Part shown: positions 47,436 to 56,906 of the stretch, in pieces
Layout of the letters: the number at the start of each line of letters is the position of its first letter
How positions within the stretch are numbered: the stretch's first letter is position 1
IMG/VR virus record: IMGVR_UViG_3300032116_015770
Reading direction: 5' to 3' (one strand)
Origin: a virus
Length of the DNA stretch: 64,000 bases
Made by a program: the position numbers and the translations under genes
Notes under the pieces: generated by a model
The model's input: only the letters and a program-made list of their open reading frames with translations
The model's database searches: none
What the model was told of the DNA's origin: nothing

Positions 47436-47844
47436 GGTTGCAGAAACTTACTCTAAGTTATCTTATGCAAGAAGACTTAAAGTAGGGGCTATTATTGTAA
47501 AGGATAATAGAGTAATAAGTATCGGTTACAACGGTACACCTTCAGGTTGGGATAATAATTGTGAGATTGTTACTAGAAGATACGAGAATGGTAAAGAAGA
47601 GTTGCAGACTAAACCTGAAGTTATTCATGCTGAAGCAAACGCTATAGCTAAATTAGCTCGTAGTCAAGAATCAGGTGAAGGTTCAGATATGTTTATTACA
47701 CATGCACCATGTTTAGAATGCGCAAAGCTAATTTACACAGCAGGTATAAAAAATGTATATTATAAACATGTTTATAGAAATGAAGACGGGTTAAATTTCT
47801 TACATAAGTGCGGAATAGGGACGGAAAGAATTACGGATGTCTAA
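47404..47844 (+). CDS. cd: dCMP deaminase
   Basis: VGAIIV, GYNG, HAEANA, PCLEC. Confidence 0.93.
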   Translation: MNKRVIQSHLEVAETYSKLSYARRLKVGAIIVKDNRVISIGYNGTPSGWDNNCEIVTRRYENGKEELQTKPEVIHAEANAIAKLARSQESGEGSDMFITHAPCLECAKLIYTAGIKNVYYKHVYRNEDGLNFLHKCGIGTERITDV

Positions 47845-47992
47845 GCAATACGAATGCTATAATTGCGATGCCATTTTTAAAATAAAAAATAATAATGACG
47901 CATCAATTCAAGAACAATACGAGGTTTACTATTGCCCCTATTGTGGTGGGGAAATAGAAGATGAGGTAGACGACGAGTCTGATGATGAATGA
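47837..47992 (+). CDS. small zinc-ribbon protein (51 aa, not in ORF track)
   Basis: MSKQYECYNC...YCPYCG + acidic tail; ATGA coupling to the next gene. Confidence 0.7.
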   Translation: MSKQYECYNCDAIFKIKNNNDASIQEQYEVYYCPYCGGEIEDEVDDESDDE

Positions 47993-48387
47993 TTGATTGG
48001 TTTTATAATGGTGAGCCGTTTCTTGAACCTGGAGAATATTATGGATTTGTGTATATTATTACGAACAAAACCGATGGTAGAAAATACATCGGTAAAAAGT
48101 TCTTTTGGGCAACAAAGCGTAGACAAGTTAACAAAGTTAGAAAACGTTATAAGGCAGAATCTGACTGGAAAACGTATTGGTCTTCTTCAGATGAATTACA
48201 AAGAGATGTTGAAAGACTTGGAAAAGAAAACTTTACACGTGAAATAATTCATCTATGTAAAAACAAAGGTACTACAAACTATCTGGAAGCAAAAGAGCAA
48301 TTTACCAGATCAGTTCTTGAAAATAAGGATTTATGGTATAATACGTGGATATCAGTTAAAGTGAACCGTTCCCACGTTAAATTATGA
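47989..48387 (+). CDS. GIY-YIG nuclease
   Basis: GFVYIIT...KYIGKK, ESDWKTYWSSS, FTREII. Confidence 0.85.
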   Translation: MIDWFYNGEPFLEPGEYYGFVYIITNKTDGRKYIGKKFFWATKRRQVNKVRKRYKAESDWKTYWSSSDELQRDVERLGKENFTREIIHLCKNKGTTNYLEAKEQFTRSVLENKDLWYNTWISVKVNRSHVKL

Positions 48388-49307
48388 TTACTGTAATTCT
48401 TACTCTTCTTTCAGCCCTGGCTATCTCAGCTATTGCGGCTTATTTTTCAATTATAGGTTTAATAGCTATATTTCCAACTACACCCTGGGCAATTGCCGTT
48501 ATGGGTGGTAGTTTGGAATTAGCTAAACTAGTCACAGCCTCCTGGTTGTATCGTAATTGGAAAACCGCTCCACGTACTATTAAGTACTACTTTACAGTTG
48601 CAGTATTAATACTTTCTCTTATAACTACTATGGGTATCTTCGGTTACTTATCGAAAGCTCATATGGATCAGAGTGTACCCATTGGAGACGTTGCTGCACA
48701 AGTAGCAATGATAGATGAAAAAATAAATGTTCAAAAAGAAAATATAGAGACTAATAGAAAAATTCTTCGCCAATTAGATGAGGCTGTAGATAATGTCATG
48801 GCTCGTTCTAATGATACGAAAGGTGCTGAGAGAGCGGTACAAATTAGAAAAGCACAACAAAAAGAAAGATCACAACTTAATGAAAATATTCAACAAGCGC
48901 AGAAAGAAATAAAAGCACTTAGTGAAGAGCGAGCACCACTAGCTAAAGAAGCCCGTAAAGTAGAAGCTGAAGTAGGGCCAATTAAGTACATCGCAGCTTT
49001 AATGTATGGTGATAACCCTGATCAAAATTTACTAGAACGTGCCGTAAGATGGGTTATCATTCTTATTGTTATTGTATTTGACCCGTTAGCTATCTTACTT
49101 CTCATTGCTGCTAATATGACGTTAAGAGAAGTAAATGGTGAAGCTATTGAAGATATTACAGTGGATTTTCAACCGAAACAAAAACGAAAATATAACCGTA
49201 AGTCTAAATGGAGTAAAGAGTTAGATAATAGAGTAGATATTGAAAAATCTAGAATTTACGAAATCCCTAAGGAAATACTAGATAAAGTGTTCCGTAGTAA
49301 ATCTTGA
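48384..49307 (+). CDS. membrane protein with coiled coil
   Basis: Three N-terminal TMs, GIFGYLSKAH, VGPIKYIA, VFDPLA. Confidence 0.75.
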   Translation: MITVILTLLSALAISAIAAYFSIIGLIAIFPTTPWAIAVMGGSLELAKLVTASWLYRNWKTAPRTIKYYFTVAVLILSLITTMGIFGYLSKAHMDQSVPIGDVAAQVAMIDEKINVQKENIETNRKILRQLDEAVDNVMARSNDTKGAERAVQIRKAQQKERSQLNENIQQAQKEIKALSEERAPLAKEARKVEAEVGPIKYIAALMYGDNPDQNLLERAVRWVIILIVIVFDPLAILLLIAANMTLREVNGEAIEDITVDFQPKQKRKYNRKSKWSKELDNRVDIEKSRIYEIPKEILDKVFRSKS

Positions 49308-49332
49308 TTTACTTTTTTAATTATTATATAAT
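49304..49332 (+). promoter_or_regulatory. sigma70-type promoter
   Basis: TTGATT-17 nt-TATAAT. Confidence 0.65.
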
Positions 49333-49343
49333 ATGGGGGTAGT

Positions 49344-49646
49344 ATGAGTGTGTTCTGGGAAGGATTTAATGAGGAAGAGCGCAAGGTCTTTATAAAATGG
49401 CTTAACGACCATTTACGTTATGGTGAAGTAACGGTTAAGTTTAATAAAAAAGACGGTGAGTTGCGTACCATGAGATGTACGTTAAATTCAGAGCTTGTAC
49501 CTCAGGTAGAAAAGAAAACAGAACGAGTTAAAGAAGTAAATGAAGATGTCTGCCCTGTTTACGATCTTGATAAGCAAGGCTGGCGATCCTTTCGTTATGA
49601 TAGTGTAAAAGAGGTGTCAATTGAAATTAACGGAACCAAAAGTTGA
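49344..49646 (+). CDS. WYL-like SH3 beta-barrel protein
   Basis: VKFNKKDGELRTMRCTL, VYDLDKQGWRSFR. Confidence 0.75.
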   Translation: MSVFWEGFNEEERKVFIKWLNDHLRYGEVTVKFNKKDGELRTMRCTLNSELVPQVEKKTERVKEVNEDVCPVYDLDKQGWRSFRYDSVKEVSIEINGTKS

Positions 49647-50682
49647 TGTAACTTCAGATGACTATACGTCACATCTTGCGCATGCATTCTCTTTCTATAA
49701 CATGAACAATGATAAGAAAGATGCACGTGCATTCATGCGTACATATCTTAAAAATTCAGACAAAACAGGGCAGGCAGTAAAAGCTTTTGATAACGTCCCT
49801 GATTCCTTTTTTGTATCCACATACGGTTGGTTAGCACGTATAAAAAACAACGGATACAACTTACGTGAAGAACACGATAAAAAGTTTAATCAATACATTA
49901 CTAATATGCTAGTAATGAAGTACCCTACTAAAGAAGTTGAAGTAGTAGATACACCTAGACCAACTATTCAAGACCATTTAAAAGAAAAAGTAAAAGAGTA
50001 TTTGGGTGATCTAGAAGGTGCATTGGATGACTTTATTAAACAAGGTACACCGTTTAATCTTTATAATGATTTAAAAACAAAGAATATTCCAAAGCAGTTT
50101 GGTAGCGATATAATTGAGTGGGCGGATAAAAAGACTGTTGAATTTGCTCAAGCTTATGAAGCCACTGAGGGTGATCTTAAAGAAGGTTATTCTAATCTAG
50201 GTAAACGTAAACTATCTCAGTTAGTAAAATTAGTCAATGAGTTTGTTGACGATGTGAACCGCTATTCAGAATTTAAAAAAGCTAATCGTAAACCTAGAGT
50301 TAAAAAAGTCAAGCCTGCATCACAACAAGTAGCAAAAATGAAGTATAAGAAAGAAGATACAGAAGCAAGAGTAACCTCTATTCATCCTGCCGAAATGGTA
50401 GGTGCATCACAGGTATGGGTATATAATTCTAAGTATAAAAAGCTGGCTGTTTATCGTACTGATTCGGCTTTAGGTATTCAAGTTAAAGGCACTACGTTAC
50501 AAAATTATGATCCGGAATTATGTGAACAAAAAGTAGTTCGTAGACCCGAAGCTTTTTTACCTATTGTACTACAAGCTACAAAAATACAACTACGTAAGAT
50601 AATGGAAAATCTTACAACTAAAGGATCAGACGTTAACGGACGTATTAATGAAGAGTGTATTATTTTGAGAGCGATTAAATGA
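49621..50682 (+). CDS. conserved T4-like phage protein
   Basis: VGASQVWVYN.KYKKL, NGRINEECIIL; TTG start. Confidence 0.7.
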   Translation: MKLTEPKVDVTSDDYTSHLAHAFSFYNMNNDKKDARAFMRTYLKNSDKTGQAVKAFDNVPDSFFVSTYGWLARIKNNGYNLREEHDKKFNQYITNMLVMKYPTKEVEVVDTPRPTIQDHLKEKVKEYLGDLEGALDDFIKQGTPFNLYNDLKTKNIPKQFGSDIIEWADKKTVEFAQAYEATEGDLKEGYSNLGKRKLSQLVKLVNEFVDDVNRYSEFKKANRKPRVKKVKPASQQVAKMKYKKEDTEARVTSIHPAEMVGASQVWVYNSKYKKLAVYRTDSALGIQVKGTTLQNYDPELCEQKVVRRPEAFLPIVLQATKIQLRKIMENLTTKGSDVNGRINEECIILRAIK

Positions 50683-50933
50683 TAGCATACAGCACACTTA
50701 TTGAACTAGAGACTAATCTCATTCGTATTGATAGTATTCGTAAAACTATGGAGGCAGTAGCAGCTGGTATTGCTACTATCCCTTCCGAGGATGCTAAGAC
50801 AGATATTCTATACTTTTTATCAGAAAGCTTAGGTCAAGAGACGGAACTAGCTCTTGATAAGTTTCAACAAGCCTTCGAAGCTATTCGTGAATACTCTTAC
50901 CGGCCTGAGGAAAACTCAATTGATAATTCTTGA
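50679..50933 (+). CDS. hypothetical protein
   Basis: Coupled ORF. Confidence 0.55.
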   Translation: MIAYSTLIELETNLIRIDSIRKTMEAVAAGIATIPSEDAKTDILYFLSESLGQETELALDKFQQAFEAIREYSYRPEENSIDNS

Positions 50934-51807
50934 TTATTCGCAGGTAGTGATTTCTAACCTCATGGCTGAAATTGGTAATAGGCGTGGGGAAGATATCGGT
51001 TTGGATGTCGGGTTACTTCGACATATGATCATCAATACTATTCGAAGCTTAAAACAAAAATTCGAAGGTAATTATGGTGAATTAGTTATTGCTTGCGACA
51101 ATAAGAACTACTGGCGTAAAAAAGTATTTCCGTATTATAAAGCTAATCGTAAAAAAGCTAGAGAAGAATCTGGCTTAGATTGGCCTATGATCTTTGAAAC
51201 TATTAATCTCATTAAAGAAGAAGTAAAGACATTTTTTCCCTACAAAGTAATAGAAGTAGAGACCGCTGAAGCAGATGACATTATAGCTACATTAGTTAAA
51301 TGGTCAGAAGAGAATGACTTAGGGGAAGGTATGTTTCCTGAACCTAAACCTTTGCTGATTTTATCGGGTGATCACGACTTTATTCAACTACAGAAATTTA
51401 AACACGTTAAACAGTTTTCACCTGTAACTAAGAAGTTTATTTCGTCTGAAATCACCCCTGAAAAATACCTATTTGAGCATATTATTAGGGGTGATAAGGG
51501 TGACGGTATTCCTAACGTTCTTTCTGATGATACTTCTATAGTTGAAAATGAACGTCAGAAGAAGATAATGCAAGTTAAATTAGATCAATGGTTTAGTGAT
51601 TCGAGTACTTTGCCTCAAGATGAGAATTTTAAACGTAATTTTGATCGTAATAAAGCATTAGTAGATCTCACAAGAATACCAGATGATCTACAAAACACTA
51701 TTATAAATACGTTTGTAAATACACCTACTAGAGGTAGAGAGTTACTTCTAGATTATTTTATCAAGAATAAGATGAAACTTATGATTGAACATATTGAGGA
51801 ATTTTAA
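50920..51807 (+). CDS. rnh: RNase H / 5'-3' exonuclease (T4 rnh)
   Basis: IILDYSQ, YKANR, EADDII, SGDHDF, GDKGDGIPN; TTG start after GAGG. Confidence 0.95.
   Translation: MIILDYSQVVISNLMAEIGNRRGEDIGLDVGLLRHMIINTIRSLKQKFEGNYGELVIACDNKNYWRKKVFPYYKANRKKAREESGLDWPMIFETINLIKEEVKTFFPYKVIEVETAEADDIIATLVKWSEENDLGEGMFPEPKPLLILSGDHDFIQLQKFKHVKQFSPVTKKFISSEITPEKYLFEHIIRGDKGDGIPNVLSDDTSIVENERQKKIMQVKLDQWFSDSSTLPQDENFKRNFDRNKALVDLTRIPDDLQNTIINTFVNTPTRGRELLLDYFIKNKMKLMIEHIEEF
51702..51709 (+). promoter_or_regulatory. T4-type late promoter inside rnh
   Basis: Exact TATAAATA about 100 nt before the next gene. Confidence 0.5.
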
Positions 51808-52298
51808 TGAACAAACTTGTATCTGAAATGTTAGAGGATATTGATAAAGCAAAGAGCCGTGAAGAAAAGATCGCTCTTCTACGTCAATATAAAAGACCTG
51901 ATCTTATATCTGTCTTACGTATTAACTATGACCCTAACTTAGTTATGGATTTACCAGAAGGTGAACCTCCTTATAAGAAAGAACTGGATGTACCTATGGG
52001 TATGAGCCATACTAGCTTGCTAAAAGAAGTTAGACGGTTTTACATTTGGTTAGATAAAAAGACAAATCTACCTAAAATTAAAAAAGAAAGTCTCTTTATT
52101 AATATGTTAGAAGGCCTTCATTGGACAGAGGCTGAAGCTTTAATTTTAGCTAAAGATAGAAAGCTAACTAAAAAGTATAAAACTATTAAAGAAGATTTAG
52201 TACGCGAAGCATTTCCTTACGCATTACCTCCTACAGAAGAGGTGGAGAAACCCGCACCAAAAAAAGCAAAAGCTTCTCGGGCTTCTTCAACCACATAA
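51807..52298 (+). CDS. conserved T4-like protein downstream of rnh; candidate -1 frameshift extension to 52402
   Basis: LPEGEPPY, KKESLFINMLEGLH..EA; slippery A AAA AAA at 52259-65. Confidence 0.75.
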   Translation: MNKLVSEMLEDIDKAKSREEKIALLRQYKRPDLISVLRINYDPNLVMDLPEGEPPYKKELDVPMGMSHTSLLKEVRRFYIWLDKKTNLPKIKKESLFINMLEGLHWTEAEALILAKDRKLTKKYKTIKEDLVREAFPYALPPTEEVEKPAPKKAKASRASSTT

Positions 52299-52398
52299 AA
52301 GAATACTTTATGTCACCTTCTTGGTCTGTATCATCTGATATACCTGAGTCTGAGAAGCATTTTAATATTAATGAAGTAAATTTAAGAAGGATGAAGAA

Positions 52399-52638
52399 AT
52401 GAGCCGTTTTTATTTTGTTCATGAAGATACTGATCCCTATTCAAGGGTGGCAGTAGAGACTGACGCAGTTACCTTACCTGATGTATTAAAACAGGTAGAA
52501 AATTTTTTACGGGGTGTAGGCTACTATATTGATGGTAGGCTAGAAGTTGTGGGGTGGGATCCTGTTGAAGGTTTACCAGAGGTAAGTCAAGATTTTCTAG
52601 ATCATTTTGAAAGACAGAATAATGAGAACTCTGTATAA
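52399..52638 (+). CDS. hypothetical protein
   Basis: L.DVL...ENFLRGVGY motif; AAGGA SD. Confidence 0.65.
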   Translation: MSRFYFVHEDTDPYSRVAVETDAVTLPDVLKQVENFLRGVGYYIDGRLEVVGWDPVEGLPEVSQDFLDHFERQNNENSV

Positions 52639-52807
52639 TTTAGAATACTGCGTAGTAGATAAGCTCAATCGCGCTAAAAAGAAATATCATGTAGGAGTGT
52701 TTAAATCTGAAAGTGAAGTAGAGCAAGCTAAATCTAGAGTTCTTAGTACTATTGAGGGTGATGATAGTATTACTTTTAATGTATACATCTGTGAGAATAT
52801 TTTCTAA
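52622..52807 (+). CDS. hypothetical protein
   Basis: Coupled small ORF. Confidence 0.55.
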   Translation: MRTLYNLEYCVVDKLNRAKKKYHVGVFKSESEVEQAKSRVLSTIEGDDSITFNVYICENIF

Positions 52808-53070
52808 TGGCTGAAATACTTAAATTTCCGTCTAGAAACAATAAGTCAATAGTTAGACTTAAATTGTTTTCAGAAGATGAAATTTTTGTAATCTTAATAG
52901 CTATTAATACATACAGTGCAGACGATTTTAAATATACAGAACATAATATTGAATTTTTAGATCCCGAAATAGCTGTACTTTGTTTAGAAAATTCTTTAAA
53001 ATCATCTTTCTTCTCGGATGAATTTAAAGTTGTAGCTCAAAATATTTTAGATAATGTAGAAAGACAATAG
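52807..53070 (+). CDS. hypothetical protein
   Basis: MAEILKFP start, TAATG coupling. Confidence 0.55.
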   Translation: MAEILKFPSRNNKSIVRLKLFSEDEIFVILIAINTYSADDFKYTEHNIEFLDPEIAVLCLENSLKSSFFSDEFKVVAQNILDNVERQ

Positions 53071-53606
53071 TGAATATATTTTATCTTAGTAACAATACTA
53101 CGCTATGTGCCATGCAGCATGTTGACAAGCATGTGGTTAAGATGATCTTAGAATATGGTCAGCTTATGTCAACAGCTCATAGAGTATTAGATGGTGAGCC
53201 TTACTATGATAAAACAAAGAATAATAGAAGAATTCAACGTTGGTTGTTACCTGATGAAAGAGAAGATGTAATTTGGAAAGCTTCTCATGTCAAGCATCCT
53301 TCAGGTATTTGGGTGAGAGCATCATCGGCTCACTATTATTGGTTGTATTATCTCTGGTTAGATTTATTAGATGAGTATAAATTTAGATATGGAAAAACTC
53401 ATTCATCTACAAGGATGAAACATATTTTTAGTATGTTACCTAATAACATTCCTAGGATTGGTTGGTTATCGGATCCTACACCTGCCATGCCAGATAAATA
53501 CAAGGTAGACGGTGATAGTATTCAATCTTATAGAAATTACTATCTAGGTGATAAACAAAAATTTGCTTCATGGAAACGAAGAAATGTTCCTGAGTGGTAT
53601 TTATAG
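53070..53606 (+). CDS. pyrimidine dimer DNA glycosylase (DenV)-like protein
   Basis: MNIFYL, DKHVVKMILE, H..HP..W.R, RYGKTH, YRNYY. Confidence 0.8.
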   Translation: MNIFYLSNNTTLCAMQHVDKHVVKMILEYGQLMSTAHRVLDGEPYYDKTKNNRRIQRWLLPDEREDVIWKASHVKHPSGIWVRASSAHYYWLYYLWLDLLDEYKFRYGKTHSSTRMKHIFSMLPNNIPRIGWLSDPTPAMPDKYKVDGDSIQSYRNYYLGDKQKFASWKRRNVPEWYL

Positions 53607-53617
53607 AAAGGTTTAAT

Positions 53618-54025
53618 ATGGTTATTAAAACAGCCGATATGGATGTAGATCCTGGTAAGTTAGGATATTTTGGAAATGTATTTTTAAGAGAATTTAAACT
53701 AGGTTTAAAAGAATATAATTTAGGTCATACACACGAGTATGATCATGTTACATTATTAGCACAGGGTAAAGTACAAGTTGAAATTCAGGGTCACGAACCT
53801 AAAATTTTTGAAGCACCTACCTACATTGTAATTGATAAAAATCTCAGACATAGATTTCTTTCGCTGGCTGAAAATACTGTTTATTATTGTATCTTTGCTT
53901 TAAGAAATGCAGACGGTGAAGTTATAGAAGACATTTATTCTGCTGATCATGATCCTAGATCTGAAATAGACCCTAAATCTATTAAAAATCGAATTACACC
54001 ACTTCCCCCTCCGACTATGGGTTAA
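53618..54025 (+). CDS. cupin-fold protein
   Basis: GHTHEYDHVTLLAQG, FEAP, RHRF. Confidence 0.75.
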   Translation: MVIKTADMDVDPGKLGYFGNVFLREFKLGLKEYNLGHTHEYDHVTLLAQGKVQVEIQGHEPKIFEAPTYIVIDKNLRHRFLSLAENTVYYCIFALRNADGEVIEDIYSADHDPRSEIDPKSIKNRITPLPPPTMG

Positions 54026-54031
54026 TTCCTA

Positions 54032-54286
54032 ATGCCGAGATATACGTTTCTTAACAAACAAACTAATCAAGTAGAAGAACATTACTTTGGTATTTCTTCT
54101 TATGATGAGTTTATAAAAAATAATCCACAACTAGAACGCTACCATGAATCAGGTCAAGCTGCTGCAATGGGCGATTCAGTGCGTTTAGGTATTCGTAAAC
54201 CTGATAGTGGATTTCAAGAAGTCTTATCTAAGATTAGTGCCGCGAATTATAAAAGTAATCTTTCAGATAAGCTATCTAGACGATGA
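54032..54286 (+). CDS. FmdB-like small protein upstream of phoH
   Basis: MPRYTF..NPQL..GFQEVLSKI. Confidence 0.65.
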   Translation: MPRYTFLNKQTNQVEEHYFGISSYDEFIKNNPQLERYHESGQAAAMGDSVRLGIRKPDSGFQEVLSKISAANYKSNLSDKLSRR

Positions 54287-54314
54287 CAGTAAATATCTTC
54301 TTTTCAACCATATC

Positions 54315-54355
54315 AAGAAAGGGGTCTATTTGACGTAGATCCCTTTTCTTTTTTT
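54315..54355 (+). terminator. terminator-like hairpin before phoH
   Basis: AAGAAAGGGGTCTA-loop-TAGATCCCTTTTCTT + T run. Confidence 0.6.
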
Positions 54356-54366
54356 ACGAGGGTTCC

Positions 54367-55110
54367 ATGGCAAGAAAGCAAGCTCAGTTAAACGTAGATA
54401 ATCAACCAAAAGTTTCATTAGTATCAAATAAATTGAAACTACGAATTGATGACCTAAGAACAATACAACCTTTAACTAATAATCAAAGAAAGTTTTTTGA
54501 GCTTTATAAAAATTCATCAGCCATTTTATTACATGGAGTCGCAGGAACAGGAAAATCTTATATTGCACTTTACAAAGCCCTAGAAGAAGTTCTAGATCGT
54601 TCAACCCCCTATCAAAAAGTTGTTATTGTAAGATCAGCGGTCCCGTCCAGAGATATTGGACATTTACCTGGAGATGAAAAAGAAAAGACCGAGGTTTATC
54701 AGCAACCGTATGTAGAAATCTGCGAAGATCTATTCTCTAGAAAAGATGCATTTCAACGTCTTCAGGAGCAGCAATCTGCTGCTTTTATGATAACTTCATT
54801 TGTTCGCGGGATTACATTGGATGATTCTATTATTATCGTAGATGAATGCCAGAACATGACTGATATGGAGCTAAATAGTATAATGACTCGTGTAGGTAAT
54901 CGTTCCAAAATCATCCTATGCGGGGACTTCAGACAGACGGATTTATATAAGAAAACTGATATGTCCGGTCTGAAGAAATTTATGGCCATCGCGGATATGA
55001 TGCCATCATTTAATGTTGTAGAATTCGAAGTAGGTGATATTGTTCGTTCGGCTTTAGTTAAAGAGTATATTTTAGCAAGGATGGAATATGAAGAAAAATA
55101 CGGAACGTAA
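54367..55110 (+). CDS. phoH: PhoH-family ATPase
   Basis: GVAGTGKS, IGHLPGD, RGITL, VDECQN, GDFRQTD, DIVRS. Confidence 0.95.
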   Translation: MARKQAQLNVDNQPKVSLVSNKLKLRIDDLRTIQPLTNNQRKFFELYKNSSAILLHGVAGTGKSYIALYKALEEVLDRSTPYQKVVIVRSAVPSRDIGHLPGDEKEKTEVYQQPYVEICEDLFSRKDAFQRLQEQQSAAFMITSFVRGITLDDSIIIVDECQNMTDMELNSIMTRVGNRSKIILCGDFRQTDLYKKTDMSGLKKFMAIADMMPSFNVVEFEVGDIVRSALVKEYILARMEYEEKYGT

Positions 55111-55128
55111 TCTATCACTTAAGGAAAA

Positions 55129-55341
55129 ATGGACGAGTCACCAGAGGATTTTAAGAAGAAACTAAATAAACTTAAACCTAAAAAGAAATTGACCGTACCT
55201 AAGGAGTTTTTAGAAGGTGCAAATAGTTACGATGATAAACTTATTTTAGTTAAACATTTGACAGAGAGAGAAAAAAACCGCGTATTATTAATTATTAAAG
55301 GTATGTTGAAAGACTCGGTTGCATCTAAAAATCGTAAATGA
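55129..55341 (+). CDS. hypothetical protein
   Basis: AAGGA SD. Confidence 0.6.
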   Translation: MDESPEDFKKKLNKLKPKKKLTVPKEFLEGANSYDDKLILVKHLTEREKNRVLLIIKGMLKDSVASKNRK

Positions 55342-55589
55342 AGGAGCTCCTAAAAAACCTACCCCAGATACTATCTGCGTTACCGGAGATAGTCAAGTAT
55401 TTAAAATACTTACCTATTATAATGTTACTAGGTGGGGTAGGTTATGGAGCATACACCTTTTTTTCATCTTACCGTGATCCTTATAAATGTGTAGATAATG
55501 AATTATATGAGCAAGTTCGAGTTGATTCAAACGTTTATATTTTTAAAGGGGGGTACTGCGTAGAAAATGCTCCTATACAAGAAAAATAA
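55338..55589 (+). CDS. small membrane protein upstream of endolysin
   Basis: Single TM; two Cys in C-terminal part. Confidence 0.55.
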   Translation: MKELLKNLPQILSALPEIVKYLKYLPIIMLLGGVGYGAYTFFSSYRDPYKCVDNELYEQVRVDSNVYIFKGGYCVENAPIQEK

Positions 55590-55601
55590 GAAGGGGAATA
55601 A

Positions 55602-56237
55602 ATGAGTAACGGATTTGATTTTAATTTCACAGAAGCACAACTGAAAGAATTATTACCTAAATTAAAAAACATTCGCGATTGGTATGAGTCGTTAGTAGAC
55701 GCTCTACCTCAATATGGTATTAATTCTAGAAAAAGAGTAGCTGCATTTATTGCTCAATGTGCGCACGAATCGGCAGAATTTACAAGATTGGAAGAGGGTC
55801 TTAATTATAGTGCTAAAGGTTTAACAGGTACCTGGCCAAAAAGATTTCCTCCAGATGTAGCAAAGCAATATGAGAGACAGCCTCAGAAGATTGCTAACAA
55901 AGCTTATGCTGATCGCATGGGTAATGGACCAGAAGCTTCTGGCGATGGTTGGAAGTACCGTGGTAGAGGAATTTTGCAACTAACTGGTAAAGATAATTAC
56001 CGTGCTTGTTCAAAAGTTTTATTCCAAGATGATACCTTACTTACTGACCCAGATATGTTATTTGATCCATATTATGCTATTCACTCAGCATGTTGGTTCT
56101 GGCATGTAAATAAATTAAATCAGTTTGCGGACTCAGGTGATATTTTAACTATGACTAAAAAAATCAATGGCGGTACACTAGGGTTAGAGGATAGAATTAA
56201 ACATTATAATCACGCAATAGAAGTCTTATCTCATTAA
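55602..56237 (+). CDS. GH19 (chitinase-like) endolysin
   Basis: AAFIAQCAHES, DGWKYRGRG.LQLTG, SACWFW, TKKINGG. Confidence 0.92.
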   Translation: MSNGFDFNFTEAQLKELLPKLKNIRDWYESLVDALPQYGINSRKRVAAFIAQCAHESAEFTRLEEGLNYSAKGLTGTWPKRFPPDVAKQYERQPQKIANKAYADRMGNGPEASGDGWKYRGRGILQLTGKDNYRACSKVLFQDDTLLTDPDMLFDPYYAIHSACWFWHVNKLNQFADSGDILTMTKKINGGTLGLEDRIKHYNHAIEVLSH

Positions 56238-56240
56238 TTA

Positions 56241-56906
56241 ATGCATTTTAATCATGTAAGTTTTGATCGTGAACAAATCACTCTCAAACAAGTAAACGAA
56301 GACGGTACACGTTATTATGTTACACCGAAGGGTAGCAAATATCCTTCGGTGACTACCGTATTGGCTGAACATTCCAGGCAAGGTATTATGGAATGGCGCA
56401 ATAAGATAGGTCATGCTGAGGCCCAGATTATAACTCAACGAGCATCTTCTAGAGGTACAAAGATGCATAAACTTTGTGAGACGTATCTTAACAATGAAGA
56501 GTTAAGTTACAAAACACCTATTGAAAAAGAGTTATTTCAAAGCCTGTTACCTTATATTCATAACATTAATAACATACATTGTCTTGAATCGAGAATGTAT
56601 TCTGACTATTTACGTCTAGCAGGTACGGTTGATTGTATTGCAGAGTATAATGGTAAGCTTGCTGTAATTGATTTTAAATCATCTAGTAAACTTAAAAAGA
56701 AGGAATATATTAGTAACTACTTTATGCAATGCTCAGCATATGCTATAATGTATGAAGAGTTATATAAAATACCAGTCAACCGTCTGGTAGTAATTATTGG
56801 TGTTGAAGGGGAACCACCTCAGTTATTTGAAGAAAAAAGAGATAACTGGGTGAACGATTTATTACATTATAGGGATTTATATGAAACAAGATACAAAACT
56901 AACTGA
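56241..56906 (+). CDS. PD-(D/E)xK exonuclease (Cas4/RecB-like)
   Basis: YPSVTTVL, RGTKMH, AGTVDCI, IDFKSS, Q.SAYA. Confidence 0.88.
   Translation: MHFNHVSFDREQITLKQVNEDGTRYYVTPKGSKYPSVTTVLAEHSRQGIMEWRNKIGHAEAQIITQRASSRGTKMHKLCETYLNNEELSYKTPIEKELFQSLLPYIHNINNIHCLESRMYSDYLRLAGTVDCIAEYNGKLAVIDFKSSSKLKKKEYISNYFMQCSAYAIMYEELYKIPVNRLVVIIGVEGEPPQLFEEKRDNWVNDLLHYRDLYETRYKTN

Noticed and set aside
47989-48387. GIY-YIG gene as a mobile homing endonuclease
   Set aside because: Only 132 aa, no evident DNA-binding tail, interrupts nothing and is translationally coupled on both sides
56241-56906. Cas4-like nuclease as evidence of a CRISPR system
   Set aside because: No repeat-spacer array or other cas genes were seen by eye; this exonuclease is common in T4-like phages
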